64,000 bases of DNA from Steroidobacteraceae bacterium (GCA_035300345.1 DATGVM010000022.1:27365-91364); one strand, 5' to 3'. Counted from the stretch's first letter, positions 9,618 through 19,685 are shown. Made by a program: numbers and translations. Notes: generated by a model not told the origin, from the letters alone.

Positions 9618-10753
9618 CTAATTCACTGAGCGAGATGCCTCAGCGACTGAGTGGCGTTTGGCGCTGGCTGCTGGGCCACCGACTCTTCCTGTATACGGTT
9701 GCTATTCCGACGGCACTTTCAATCCTCTATTTTGGACTTATTGCGTCGGATATTTATATTTCAGAATCCCGCTATATAGTCCGTAGCTCTGAACAACAGA
9801 GCAGCTCGGCACTCGGTTTGGTATTGAAGGACACGGGGTTGTCCCGCGCTCAGGACGATTCCTACTCTGTGGAGAATTTCATTCTCTCCCGCGATGCCCT
9901 GAGAGCGCTCGACGAGCAATTGCATCTGAAAGCTGCGTTTTCGGCACCGTCAGTCGATTTCATCAAGCGCTTCGCGAGTCTGGGCAGAAATGATGGGTTG
10001 GAAGAATTTGTCCTTTATTACCAGAACATGGTGGATGTACAGATTGAGTCGGATTCTTCAATTACCACCCTAACGACCCGTGCATACACTGCCGATATGG
10101 CTCGCACTATCAATGCGAGATTGCTTGATCTGGCCGAGAATCTGGTAAATCGACTCAACGAGCGCGCCAACCGCGACATGATCCGCTACGCGGCGGGCGA
10201 GGTCGCCCAGGCGGAAGCGAAGGCCAGAGAAACCAGCAGTGCCTTGGCGCAATACCGCAACCAGAATGGAGTCATCGACCCGGAGCATCAGTCCAGCATT
10301 CCTCTGGAGCGAATAGGCAAGCTGGAGGATCAGCGGATTGCCACAAAGGCTCAACTCGAAGTCCTTGAACAGTTCGCCCGAGATAACCCACAACTTCCCG
10401 TGCTGCGCCAGCAGGCAAAGCTACTTGACCAACAAATTGCCGCGGAGACCAGCAGTGTGGCCGGTACGGGCGGTCGTTCGTTGGCAGGTAAAGCAGCCGA
10501 ATACGAACACTTGGCATTGGACAAGGCTATTGCAGATAAGATGCTGGAAAGCGCCATGGGTACGCTAGCGCTGGCGCGTGATGAAGCACTACGCCAGCAG
10601 CTTTATCTTGAGCGAATCGTCCAACCTGGTTTGCCTGATAGGGCCATGGAGCCGCGTCGATTGAGAAACATCAGCGCGACCCTCCTATTAGGGCTGATCG
10701 TGTGGGGTGTGCTGTCGCTCACCGTGGCTGCCGTCAAAGAACACCGGGACTAA
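9614..10753 (+). CDS. kpsE: capsule polysaccharide export inner-membrane protein (KpsE/RkpR-like, PCP-3)
   Basis: 379 aa with an N-terminal TM (LFLYTVAIPTALSILYFGLIA), a long coiled periplasmic region and a C-terminal TM. It sits immediately upstream of kpsM/kpsT. The GTG start overlaps the upstream stop; an alternative ATG is at 9635. Confidence 0.8.
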   Translation: MTNSLSEMPQRLSGVWRWLLGHRLFLYTVAIPTALSILYFGLIASDIYISESRYIVRSSEQQSSSALGLVLKDTGLSRAQDDSYSVENFILSRDALRALDEQLHLKAAFSAPSVDFIKRFASLGRNDGLEEFVLYYQNMVDVQIESDSSITTLTTRAYTADMARTINARLLDLAENLVNRLNERANRDMIRYAAGEVAQAEAKARETSSALAQYRNQNGVIDPEHQSSIPLERIGKLEDQRIATKAQLEVLEQFARDNPQLPVLRQQAKLLDQQIAAETSSVAGTGGRSLAGKAAEYEHLALDKAIADKMLESAMGTLALARDEALRQQLYLERIVQPGLPDRAMEPRRLRNISATLLLGLIVWGVLSLTVAAVKEHRD

Positions 10754-10759
10754 CCGAGC

Positions 10760-11548
10760 ATGTCCGACGTGGCCAGCCTGATTCCTTCCGCGAAGATCCA
10801 GGGTCGAATTATCGGGGCATTGTTAAGGCGCGAGATTCTGACCCGCTACGGGCGCCACAACATCGGTTTTATGTGGTTGTTCGTCGAGCCGATGATGTTC
10901 ACCTCTGGGGTTCTGATCTTGTGGGCATCGCTCGGGCTTCATAAGGTTAGGCTGCCTATGGTCGCCTTCGCGCTCAGCGGTTACGGTACAGTTCTCTTGT
11001 GGCGCAATACCATCAATCGTTGCGGGGACGCGTTGGAGCCAAACCGGGCGCTTTTGCACCATCGCAATGTGCGTGTCATCGATTTATTTGCAGCGCGTGT
11101 AGTTCTTGAAATCGCCGGCGCATCGATGTCCCTGTTTATTCTTGAAGCGGCACTGACGGCTACCGGTTTGGTGACGGCCCCGGACGACGTCTTCAAGATG
11201 ATTATTGCTTGGGTGCTATTGGCGTGGTTTGCCGCAGACATGGCGCTGATTATTGGTTCGATCTCAACGCTCAGCGAATCCGCGGAGCGCGTCTGGCATG
11301 TACTGAGTTATTTGTTTCTGCCGTTGTCGGGGGCGTTCTTTATGGTCGGCTGGCTGCCGAAATATGCGCAGTCTTTGGTGCTCTGGATCCCGACAGTAAG
11401 CTGCACGGAACTACTGCGCGAAGGACTTTTCGGCGTCGGCGTAATTGCCCACTACAGGATTGGTTATCTCCTTGTGGTCAATACAGCACTGATGCTGCCG
11501 GGCTTGCTTCTGATCAAGTACATCGCCGCGCGGGTGGAAGGCGAATGA
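10760..11548 (+). CDS. kpsM: capsule ABC transporter permease (ABC-2 type)
   Basis: 262 aa, multi-TM ABC-2 permease-like sequence ([18 protein letters not shown]). Its stop overlaps the kpsT start. Confidence 0.85.
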   Translation: MSDVASLIPSAKIQGRIIGALLRREILTRYGRHNIGFMWLFVEPMMFTSGVLILWASLGLHKVRLPMVAFALSGYGTVLLWRNTINRCGDALEPNRALLHHRNVRVIDLFAARVVLEIAGASMSLFILEAALTATGLVTAPDDVFKMIIAWVLLAWFAADMALIIGSISTLSESAERVWHVLSYLFLPLSGAFFMVGWLPKYAQSLVLWIPTVSCTELLREGLFGVGVIAHYRIGYLLVVNTALMLPGLLLIKYIAARVEGE

Positions 11549-12195
11549 TCAGCCTTAGGGGGGTGAGCAAACAGTACCGCGTAAGAAGCGGTATGTACAC
11601 TGTGTTTGAGAATTTGGATTTGCGTATTGAGCCCGGAGAGAAAGTGGGAATCCTGGGCCGAAATGGCGCCGGAAAATCAACTTTGATTCGTTTGATTAGC
11701 GGCGCCGAGTTGCCTACGCGAGGGAGAGTAGAACGCGAAATGTCGGTCTCGTGGCCGTTGGCTTTCGGTGGGGCCTTTCAGGGTAGCCTGACCGGCGTAG
11801 ACAATATTCGGTTCATTTGCCGCGTTTACAACGCCGATATCGCGGTCGCCATCCCCTATGTCGAGGCATTCTCTGAATTGGGCGTCTACCTTCGGGAGCC
11901 CGTCAAGAACTATTCTTCCGGCATGCGTGCACGCCTGGCGTTTGCCATTTCTATGGCTGTGGAATTTGATTGTTTCCTTATTGATGAAGTAATTGCCGTA
12001 GGCGACCATCGTTTTCACCAAAAGTGTCAACATGAGTTGTTTGAAAAGCGCCAGGACCGGGCGATGGTTATCGTTTCCCACGACGCACGCAACATCCGCG
12101 AACATTGCAAGCGCGCCAGCGTTTTCCATCAGGGAACGCTGCGCCACTTTACTGATGTGGATGGGGCTTACAATTTTTATAACGAGAACAGTTAG
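11545..12195 (+). CDS. kpsT: capsule ABC transporter ATP-binding protein
   Basis: The start [11 protein letters not shown] at 11545 overlaps the kpsM stop. Walker [10 protein letters not shown], signature [12 protein letters not shown], Walker B FLIDE. The track ORF 11209.. is an in-frame upstream extension inside kpsM. Confidence 0.9.
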   Translation: MISLRGVSKQYRVRSGMYTVFENLDLRIEPGEKVGILGRNGAGKSTLIRLISGAELPTRGRVEREMSVSWPLAFGGAFQGSLTGVDNIRFICRVYNADIAVAIPYVEAFSELGVYLREPVKNYSSGMRARLAFAISMAVEFDCFLIDEVIAVGDHRFHQKCQHELFEKRQDRAMVIVSHDARNIREHCKRASVFHQGTLRHFTDVDGAYNFYNENS

Positions 12196-12203
12196 CAAAA
12201 CAC

Positions 12204-13766
12204 ATGGCAGAACCGGAAAAGAGAATTAGGGTCCTACTGGAGATGCGACCCGCACTGGAGGGGTTCGCCGGCATTCCCCAGGAGGTGCGCCTGTTATTCC
12301 GCGCGCTGCGTATGATCAAGTCTGTAAGCGTAGAAGGGTTTCTGCAGACATCTTTTCGCCGTCTGGCTGCGGGCACGCGAAGTACAGGAGTATTTGGTTT
12401 CGTGTGGAGAACGCTGTCGGTGGCTCGCCGATTTAAGAGGTACTCCAATGTCATCATTTCGATGACGGAGAGGCCGCATTCAAGCTTTTGGGAAGCAGTA
12501 GTAAATTACCTGATGGCGAGAGGTGACTCGATTGCGCTGCAGGCTAAGATGATGGTTGGACTCGGGAGGGTGACGCTGACGAGATTCGAATCGAAGAGTT
12601 TTGAGGATTTTACATGGCGCACGCTGTTCTCCAAGACGCTGTCCGCGGGGGATTTTGCGTTAGTGTCTTCCGCTGACCATAGAGTGTGTTCTGTTCCGTG
12701 GAACACTTTTCACAGTGTTGGGCTGTCCTCTAGAAACTGGGGGGCCACGCCTAGGTATCCAATAGTCGACACCCGCGGCTTCGATGTTTTCATCGGTCAA
12801 ACCCCTTTTCCAGGCCGGGTCGACAAGAAAACAACCATGGTCATTCGCTACCACGACGCCATACCGGTATTCATGCCGCACACGATCCCGGACAAGTCCC
12901 TGCATCAGTCCACACACTTCTTTGCTTTGATGGGCAACGTGAAAGCCGGTGCTTGGTTTGCGTGCGTGTCTGAAGCGTCGCGGCGAGACGTATTGCGAAT
13001 GTTCCCGGAGGCGGCCGACCGGGCGGTAACCATCCACAACATGGTGTCGAACCACTATTTTGTGGAAGACTCCAGAATGGAGCGTGTGCCTGGAATTATC
13101 CGAGCAAGGCTGCATGAAGGAGATGCGTCAAAGGGTATCAGCGCAGAGCCAGCCTTCTTTTCTGTCAGGGAGAAAGAGAGTTTTTATCGCCGCTCGCTTT
13201 ACGGGAGCGGACTCAGGTACCTCCTCATAGTATCGACAGTGGAGCCGCGCAAGAACCACGTGCGTCTGCTGGCGGCATGGGAGGTCATTCGGGCAGAAGT
13301 CGATCCAAACATTAAGCTGATTGTGGTCGGCGGCCTTGGGTGGGATTACGCTCAGGTACTGAGGGGATTCAGCTCCTGGATTGATCGTGGGGAGTTGTTC
13401 ATGTTGAGCTCGGTGCCCGCTCCGGATCTGCGCGTTTTGTATCGTCATGCCGCCGCGACGGTCTGTCCGAGCCTCGGTGAGGGCTTTGATTTCTCTGGAG
13501 TGGAGGCAATGCGGTCAGGCGGCATCGCCGTCGCATCCGATATACCGGTCCACCGTGAAATTTATGGGGATGCGGCCGAGTATTTTGACCCATATTCGAC
13601 GATGAGCCTTGTATCTGCGCTGCGAAAAGTGCTCTACGACCCGGACGCGGTACGTTGCCAGGAGAAGCTGCGTGAACGTGCGGAGGAGGTGTCGTCCCGC
13701 TACCTGCCGGAAAAGATGCTTCCGCAATGGGAGACCTTTCTCAAGCGTGTGACTGCTCGTAAGTAG
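12204..13766 (+). CDS. glycosyltransferase family 4 (GT-B, GT1 clan)
   Basis: 520 aa. C-terminal GT4 signature: VSTVEPRKNH, VGGLGWDY, PSLGEGFDFSGVEAMRSG. Confidence 0.8.
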   Translation: MAEPEKRIRVLLEMRPALEGFAGIPQEVRLLFRALRMIKSVSVEGFLQTSFRRLAAGTRSTGVFGFVWRTLSVARRFKRYSNVIISMTERPHSSFWEAVVNYLMARGDSIALQAKMMVGLGRVTLTRFESKSFEDFTWRTLFSKTLSAGDFALVSSADHRVCSVPWNTFHSVGLSSRNWGATPRYPIVDTRGFDVFIGQTPFPGRVDKKTTMVIRYHDAIPVFMPHTIPDKSLHQSTHFFALMGNVKAGAWFACVSEASRRDVLRMFPEAADRAVTIHNMVSNHYFVEDSRMERVPGIIRARLHEGDASKGISAEPAFFSVREKESFYRRSLYGSGLRYLLIVSTVEPRKNHVRLLAAWEVIRAEVDPNIKLIVVGGLGWDYAQVLRGFSSWIDRGELFMLSSVPAPDLRVLYRHAAATVCPSLGEGFDFSGVEAMRSGGIAVASDIPVHREIYGDAAEYFDPYSTMSLVSALRKVLYDPDAVRCQEKLRERAEEVSSRYLPEKMLPQWETFLKRVTARK

Positions 13767-13825
13767 GCGTGCATTACAGCCGTGGTTCCCAGGCTTTGTA
13801 ATTGCCAGCACTGGAAGCGCGACAA

Positions 13826-16800
13826 ATGAACTGGCGTGATGGCGTGTCGAGATTGCTTGCGAGGATATTTGCGGCGGAACTGGTCCGCCTGTCTTACCGC
13901 GGACTGTTGGCGCGAGAGCCCGATGCGGATGGTCTGGACGTCTACGCATCGAAGCTTCGAGAGTCAGGCGAGTTTGCCGACCTGCTTGGGCAATTGTGCG
14001 AGAGCGAAGAGCGCTGGTTAAAGACGTTCTCAGCTCGGGCGCCGGAACTTATTCGGGCGCTGCATCTTGGATTGCTGAGTCGTGAGCCAGATCCAGAAGC
14101 ACTGCGGGATCAAGTGCCTCGATTGGGTGCGCCGCACGATCTGGCTGCACTACTTTCGGAGATGGCGCGCTCGGACGAACACTGGAACAGGACGTTAATT
14201 GGCAGAGCCCCTGAGCTGGTGCGGGTGGTATACCAGGGACTGTTGAATCGGGAGCCGGGCACCGGGGACCTGCGTCGGCATTCGGAGCAGCTGGCTGAGA
14301 CCCATGACCTGGAACCGCTGCTGCTAGAAATTGCCCGGTCGGACGAACACTGGAAGAAAATGGTCATTGCCCGAGCCCCTGAATTGGTGCGGGCCTTATT
14401 CCAGGGACTGCTAAATCGGGAGCCATACGCCGGGGACCTGCAACGGTTTGCGGAGCAGTTGGCAGAAACATATGACTTGGCGCCGGTGCTAGAGCAAATG
14501 GCGCGCTCAGACGAGCAGTGGCAGAGAACGCTGGAAATGCGGGCCAATGACTTGGTGCGGGCGCTATATCGGGGTCTGCTGCAACGGGAGCCTGAAGCTG
14601 ACGCTTTGCAGGCCTATGCCGCCAGGCTCATTCAGACGCACGATCTGGTGCCGCTACTGTCAGAGATTGTGCGCTCTGACGAGCGGTGGCATAAGTCGCT
14701 GGAGGTACGGGCCCCCGACCTAGTGCAAGCATTGTATCGAGGGCTACTGCAGCGCGACGCTGAACCCGAAGCGTTGGAAGCGTATGCCGCCAAGCTAATG
14801 CAGACACACGACCTAACGCCGCTACTGGCAGGGATTTCGCGCTCGGACGAAAGGTGGCAGAGGGCACTTGAGGCTCGAGCCCCCGAGCTGGTAAGCGCCC
14901 TTTATCGAGGGTTGTTGCAGCGTGAGCCAGAGTCCAAGGCGCTGGATGACTGTGTCGCCAAACTCCACGCGACACACGATCTGACGCCGTTGCTGGCATC
15001 CCTCGCCCGCTCAGACGAGTTGTGGGGGCAGCTCTTCTCAGCCCGTGCGCCGGAGCTTGTGGAGACCATTTACAAATCCCTCCTTGAGCGTGATCCCGAC
15101 GCATCGGGCTTTCAGTATTACACGGGTGTAATTGTTGAATCGAATGGTGTCAGCAAGGTCTTGACAAGGATCATCACTTCCCCAGAGTTCAATAAATTGC
15201 AGCAGCGGGTGGCTGTGGTGTTCCTGCACATCCAGAAGACGGCGGGCACTTCAATGCAGGGAATGCTCAAGGAGGCTTTTGGTGCGAACGCGTACGTCGA
15301 GCACGCCGATTCACTTGCCACATATGAGCGCAAGGACTTATCGGCGTTTTCCGTATTTGCCGGACATTTCAACCATGACAGCCTCGTGCACATACCTTGC
15401 AGACGTCTCTCAACGTATACATTCGTCAGGGAACCGAAAGAGCGACTGACCTCGCTCTACTATTTTTGGCGCGCTCACGAGCCAACGGCTCCCACCTGGT
15501 CCGAGGGGATGAAGATTGCCAATGAATTACTAATCGAAGAGTTTTTCGGGAGAGATGAATCTACGACGAATTCGCTTTTGTGGAATCACATGACCTGGGC
15601 CATTATGGGGCACCAGCAATGGGCCACGTGGCGCTTGACTTTGAATGGGGTCACAGAATCAGAAGCTTTGGAGCTATTGTCTGGCCAAATCCGACCTGCG
15701 ATTCGCAAGCGATTGCGCGAGTTCGTCTTTGTTGGGCTGCAGGAAGATTACGAACGATCCGTCGTCATGCTTTGTGAGGTTCTTGGGTGGCCTAGATTCA
15801 AAAGCGTGAGGTCTGACCAGAGCCTCGATCGCCTTACCAAAAAAAATCCTCATTTCAAAAAAACCTTAGAGAAGCAGCCGAGGTCCGAGCATCTGGATAC
15901 GTTGCTTGACAGGTTTGTCCAACTCGACAATATCGTTTACGAGGAGTCCAAGCTGCTCTATGTGGAGCAGGTGGCGCTGTACGGTGACGGCGCAATGTCA
16001 CGCCTTGGAGCGCACCTTCGCGGTGGAGACGCAGGCTTCTCGACGACGGATCTGGATGAGCGAAAGGTAGTATTTCTTCACGTGCCCAGGACCGGTGGGA
16101 CTGCGCTGCGCAGTCTTTTGCTTCCGCATTTCGCAAAGGACTCAGTGTGCCCTGAGCGGTTTAACGACTTGCGTCATTATGCGTGCGGGGAACTAGTGCG
16201 ATACCGTTTGTTTTCCGGCCATTTCGATCTTCCCTCCATCAAGTTGATTCCCGGCCGAAGGATAGTGGTTACGCTGTTACGAGAGCCTGTTGCACGGCTC
16301 GTTTCGCTATACCATTTTCTTCGGACACCTGGGTCAGGGGCCGCCGAACGGCAGAATCGCGAACTCGCGAGGTTGGCGAGTGCGTGTTCACTTGTCGAGT
16401 TCTTTAAGACTGAAGAGGTTCGTTCTCACCACCGAATCAACAATTCAATGACGAGGGTACTTACACAAGTTGTGGATGGCAGGAAGAGGGAGACAAGCGC
16501 GGTTGCGGCGGTTGCTGCCGGCGATGCAGTACCGGATGTCGCTCAGGCGCTGCGGGAGCTCAATGCACTGGACGCGTTCGGGATAATGGAGCGATATGAG
16601 GAGTCGACACGACTGATATTGTCAGCAATTGGCTTGCCCACTCCTCAGGAGACGGAAGAAAGCCAGGCACAGGGGGTGCTTGCAGCGCGGGAACGCGCAA
16701 ATCGGCGGATCGAGCACGAACCATTGCCCGTGGACATCAGAGATGTAGTTGGGGAGCTTGTGGTGGCGGATTTGCAGCTCTACCAACACGCCACACGGAT

Positions 16801-16900
16801 ATTTGAGAATCGCCTTCAATCCCGGAGCGCACCGGTGCCGAAGCGTAGGAGAGGATCCCCGAGTCGGCGAATGGCGTTCAAGGCAAGCCGGGAGACCTAA
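13826..16900 (+). CDS. multidomain protein: 8 tandem DUF4214-like repeats plus two PAPS-type sulfotransferase domains
   Basis: ORF 13802..16900 opens with TTG; the ATG at 13826 is preceded by GGAAG. Eight 56-aa repeats match (A-P-E/D-L-V-x-A-L-Y-x-G-L-L-x-R-E-P-x..-H-D-L-x-P-L-L-..-R-S-D-E-x-W). Two domains follow, each with a PAPS 5'-phosphosulfate loop (VVFLHIQKTAGTS; VVFLHVPRTGGTA) and a 3'-phosphate motif (VREPKERLTSLYYFW; LREPVARLVSLYHF). Confidence 0.8.
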   Translation: MNWRDGVSRLLARIFAAELVRLSYRGLLAREPDADGLDVYASKLRESGEFADLLGQLCESEERWLKTFSARAPELIRALHLGLLSREPDPEALRDQVPRLGAPHDLAALLSEMARSDEHWNRTLIGRAPELVRVVYQGLLNREPGTGDLRRHSEQLAETHDLEPLLLEIARSDEHWKKMVIARAPELVRALFQGLLNREPYAGDLQRFAEQLAETYDLAPVLEQMARSDEQWQRTLEMRANDLVRALYRGLLQREPEADALQAYAARLIQTHDLVPLLSEIVRSDERWHKSLEVRAPDLVQALYRGLLQRDAEPEALEAYAAKLMQTHDLTPLLAGISRSDERWQRALEARAPELVSALYRGLLQREPESKALDDCVAKLHATHDLTPLLASLARSDELWGQLFSARAPELVETIYKSLLERDPDASGFQYYTGVIVESNGVSKVLTRIITSPEFNKLQQRVAVVFLHIQKTAGTSMQGMLKEAFGANAYVEHADSLATYERKDLSAFSVFAGHFNHDSLVHIPCRRLSTYTFVREPKERLTSLYYFWRAHEPTAPTWSEGMKIANELLIEEFFGRDESTTNSLLWNHMTWAIMGHQQWATWRLTLNGVTESEALELLSGQIRPAIRKRLREFVFVGLQEDYERSVVMLCEVLGWPRFKSVRSDQSLDRLTKKNPHFKKTLEKQPRSEHLDTLLDRFVQLDNIVYEESKLLYVEQVALYGDGAMSRLGAHLRGGDAGFSTTDLDERKVVFLHVPRTGGTALRSLLLPHFAKDSVCPERFNDLRHYACGELVRYRLFSGHFDLPSIKLIPGRRIVVTLLREPVARLVSLYHFLRTPGSGAAERQNRELARLASACSLVEFFKTEEVRSHHRINNSMTRVLTQVVDGRKRETSAVAAVAAGDAVPDVAQALRELNALDAFGIMERYEESTRLILSAIGLPTPQETEESQAQGVLAARERANRRIEHEPLPVDIRDVVGELVVADLQLYQHATRIFENRLQSRSAPVPKRRRGSPSRRMAFKASRET
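13871..15206 (+). repeat. in-frame tandem coding repeat, 8 units of 168 nt (56 aa), DUF4214-like
   Basis: Unit boundaries read directly: 13871, 14039, 14207, 14375, 14543, 14711, 14879, 15047. Units are diverged at nucleotide level but clearly alignable, e.g. gcccctgagctggtgcggg at 14207 and gcccctgaattggtgcggg at 14375. Confidence 0.85.
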
Positions 16901-17093
16901 GGTTTGCACTGGATAGAGAATGCTTTGAGCGGCGGCCATCGAGGGATTCGGGCCGGATTACATTTAAGTGACGCACGCTGGAATTGACTAGGGAATAGGC
17001 GTTAAGTCTCTCTGTACTGCGAGATTCACTCGTCAGGTGAAGGGAATCTGTCTCGGCAGCTGCCGTGGTGTCCAGATAGGGAAGAGGTTGTGA

Positions 17094-18338
17094 TTGAAGG
17101 TGCGGCTTAAAAAGTGGCTTGCTGACATCGCATTTAGGGTCCTTGTACGGCTCTGCGCGACGAAAGTCGTGCGCGCATCGTATTGCGGTGTGCTGTCGCG
17201 AGAGGCTGATGCTGCTGGACTGGCCGCGTCCGCGAATGCCCTACGAGGTACGATGGACATTGCCGCGTTGCTCCGGACATTGAGCCTATCGGACGAGCAC
17301 TGGGGTAAGGTATTCGATTCCCGGTCTTTTGAGATCGTAAGAAGTGCTTACCGAGGACTACTCGCGAGGGATGCCGACCCTGAGGGATTGCAGAGCTATT
17401 CCGCTCTGCTGAGGTTAAATGGGAACCTTGAAGAAATGCTGGACAGGATGGTCCATTCACAGGAGTTCATGCGCATTCAGTCGGCCCGCGTGGCAACCTT
17501 GGCGGCAGAGAGTCGGAGTAGCTCCAACCCTAAACATACCTTTGATAGCGAGACCATTGCGTTCTTGCACATTCAGAAGACCGCTGGCAGCACAGTCAAT
17601 CGGGCACTCGCCATCGCATATGGGAGAGGAAACATCTGCTTTCCACCCGACAATGGAAGCAGTATGTTCAAGTTGTCGGCCAGTGAATTGTCACAATATA
17701 AGGGCTACGCCGGCCACTTTAATTTCGACGAACTCGCTTATATACCGCGCAAGAGAGTGTCTGTTTTGTGCTTCGTACGGAACCCAAAGGACCGGTTGCT
17801 GTCCCTCTACTACTACTGGAAGGCACATCAACCTGGGCACCCAGACTTCAGCATGGGTGCAATGATTGCAAATGCGCTGCCTCTTGGAGAATTTGTGCGC
17901 GATAGGCGAGTGACAAAAATGCCCGAAGTGTGGAATCACATGACGTGGGCGATTATGGGCGAGAGAATGTGGTCTAGGTGGCAGGCGGAACTGGCTGAGG
18001 CCCCTAATCGTGCGGCGTCACTGGCGTCGATGCGCGACGCAATTCGCGGACGATTGCAAGAACTTGCCTTTGTGGGCTTGCAGGAAGACTTCGATAAGTC
18101 ACTTGACGTGCTATTTCGAATTCTCCGAAAGCAAAGGCCAGTGATTGGAGGAAGATTCAATTCCCTCGAATCTCGTATGCTAACGGACCCGCACTTCAAG
18201 AAGCACATTGCAAGAGAGGAGGTAACAGAAGAATGTGCCGATGACTTGGAGCGATTGCTCGAGTTGGATACGATGCTCTACGAGGAGGCAAGGCTAATCA
18301 ATGCGAGTCAATGCGCGGAATATGCACCCGCCAATTGA
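17094..18338 (+). CDS. DUF4214-like (2 repeats) plus sulfotransferase domain protein
   Basis: 414 aa. Two N-terminal repeats (VVRASYCGVLSREADAAGL...SDEHWGKV; IVRSAYRGLLARDADPEGL...HSQEFMRI). They are followed by IAFLHIQKTAGSTV and VRNPKDRLLSLYYYW, and WNHMTWAIMG is shared with the first domain of the upstream protein. TTG start preceded by GGGAAGAGG. Confidence 0.8.
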   Translation: MKVRLKKWLADIAFRVLVRLCATKVVRASYCGVLSREADAAGLAASANALRGTMDIAALLRTLSLSDEHWGKVFDSRSFEIVRSAYRGLLARDADPEGLQSYSALLRLNGNLEEMLDRMVHSQEFMRIQSARVATLAAESRSSSNPKHTFDSETIAFLHIQKTAGSTVNRALAIAYGRGNICFPPDNGSSMFKLSASELSQYKGYAGHFNFDELAYIPRKRVSVLCFVRNPKDRLLSLYYYWKAHQPGHPDFSMGAMIANALPLGEFVRDRRVTKMPEVWNHMTWAIMGERMWSRWQAELAEAPNRAASLASMRDAIRGRLQELAFVGLQEDFDKSLDVLFRILRKQRPVIGGRFNSLESRMLTDPHFKKHIAREEVTEECADDLERLLELDTMLYEEARLINASQCAEYAPAN

Positions 18339-18353
18339 ATGGAGGAGGACTCA

Positions 18354-19685
18354 ATGAATCATTACCCCGTTAGGCTATTGGCGGCTCGCAAAGCGCCCGC
18401 GCCCTTGGTCTGTTGTGTAATGGGGTGGTTTGCCATTTTGATATGCTGCGCTACGCCTTTGGAGGCGTCAGATGGTCTCGACGGTAAACTCGTTGTGGGA
18501 TACCAAGGATGGTTCGGGTGTCCGAATGATTTCGAGGCGAACAAGGCGTGGCAGCATTGGTTCCTTAGAGGTGTTCGTTCGGAGTTTATGACGGTGGATT
18601 TATTGCCTTCGGTCGGTCAAATTGATTCAAAGGATCTGTGCGAGACGGGAATACCACGTGCAGACGGGCAGGGGACAATTAAGCTGTTTTCGTCCCAAAA
18701 CCCCAAGATCGTTTTCGCCCATTTTCGCTGGATGCGAGACGCCGAGATTGATGGTGCTGCGACGCAACGCTTTGTGAGCGAAATCGGGGACCCAGTAAAA
18801 AGGCGGCGCAGCGATCACGTCCTAACCAACGTTCGCGCCGCCGCAGAAGGCAACAATAGGGTATTTTTTGTAGTCTTTGACGTCTCTGGTGAGAAAGCTG
18901 AGTCTGTGGTCAGTGACGTCCGACAGGACTGGCGGCATCTTGTAAACGATCTCAAGCTGACTGATAGCCCAGCATACATGCGTGATCACGGGAAACCCGT
19001 TCTGGAGCTATGGGGGTTCGGGTTTAGGACTCGAGTGGGTGCGCCAGAGGAAGTTGGTGCGTTAATTCGCGACTTGAAGACTGGGCAAGACGGGCTTGCG
19101 GCGGTAACACTCATCGGCGGTGTGCCCGCCCGCTGGCGAACCCTTGAGGTAGACGCCAAGCCAGAGGCTGGTTGGGCCAAGGTCTATCGAAGTTACGATG
19201 TAATCAGTCCTTGGTGGGTTGGGCGGTTTAATGATGAGGTTAGCGCGACCGCGTTTACGCGCGATGTCGTTGTGCCGGATCTCGCAGAAGCACGACGCGC
19301 GGGCGTGCGTTATATGCCGGTAATCTTCCCGGGGTTTTCTGCCTATAACCAACAATTAAATCATGGCAATCTTCACGATGCAGTCCTTGATCGAATTCCA
19401 CGCCGCTGCGGAAAGTTTCTTTGGTGGCAGGTATCAAGTCTGCTTTCCCAGCACGTCGACATGCTTTATGCGGCGATGTTTGATGAGGCCGACGAGGGTA
19501 CCGCTCTCTTCCCGATGGAAACTCAGCCGGACAAACTCCCAGCGGGCTCACATATGGTTTACTTAAACCAGGATGGGTGCTCACTACCAGAAGATTGGTA
19601 TTTGCGCGTCGTAGGAAGAGCTGCGCAGTATATTCATCGGGGAGAAACGCCCCCCGTAAAGCTCAGCGACGTAGTGTCTCCGTGA
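18354..19685 (+). CDS. secreted or membrane-anchored glycoside-hydrolase-like protein (family not confidently recognised)
   Basis: The ATG at 18354 follows GGAGGAGG; the track start is 18339. Hydrophobic N-terminus (VMGWFAILICCATPLEA). Motifs VVGYQGWFGCPND, ISPWWVGRF, YMPVIFPGFS and AMFDEADEGTALFP recall GH99-like TIM-barrel enzymes, but I cannot assign a family without a search. Confidence 0.6.
   Translation: MNHYPVRLLAARKAPAPLVCCVMGWFAILICCATPLEASDGLDGKLVVGYQGWFGCPNDFEANKAWQHWFLRGVRSEFMTVDLLPSVGQIDSKDLCETGIPRADGQGTIKLFSSQNPKIVFAHFRWMRDAEIDGAATQRFVSEIGDPVKRRRSDHVLTNVRAAAEGNNRVFFVVFDVSGEKAESVVSDVRQDWRHLVNDLKLTDSPAYMRDHGKPVLELWGFGFRTRVGAPEEVGALIRDLKTGQDGLAAVTLIGGVPARWRTLEVDAKPEAGWAKVYRSYDVISPWWVGRFNDEVSATAFTRDVVVPDLAEARRAGVRYMPVIFPGFSAYNQQLNHGNLHDAVLDRIPRRCGKFLWWQVSSLLSQHVDMLYAAMFDEADEGTALFPMETQPDKLPAGSHMVYLNQDGCSLPEDWYLRVVGRAAQYIHRGETPPVKLSDVVSP

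Noticed and set aside
11209-11544. Upstream extension of kpsT ORF; likewise 56063-56263 for dnaQ, 49271-49465 and 49707-50078 for response regulators, 60505-60690 for REC-PAS
   Set aside because: The extensions overlap the preceding well-supported genes. Internal starts coincide with stop/start overlaps and with the conserved N-termini of the respective families.
13871-15206. Regularly spaced 168-nt repeats considered as a possible CRISPR-like or satellite array
   Set aside because: The repeats are contiguous with no spacers, stay in one open reading frame and encode a conserved protein module. This is a coding tandem repeat, not CRISPR.
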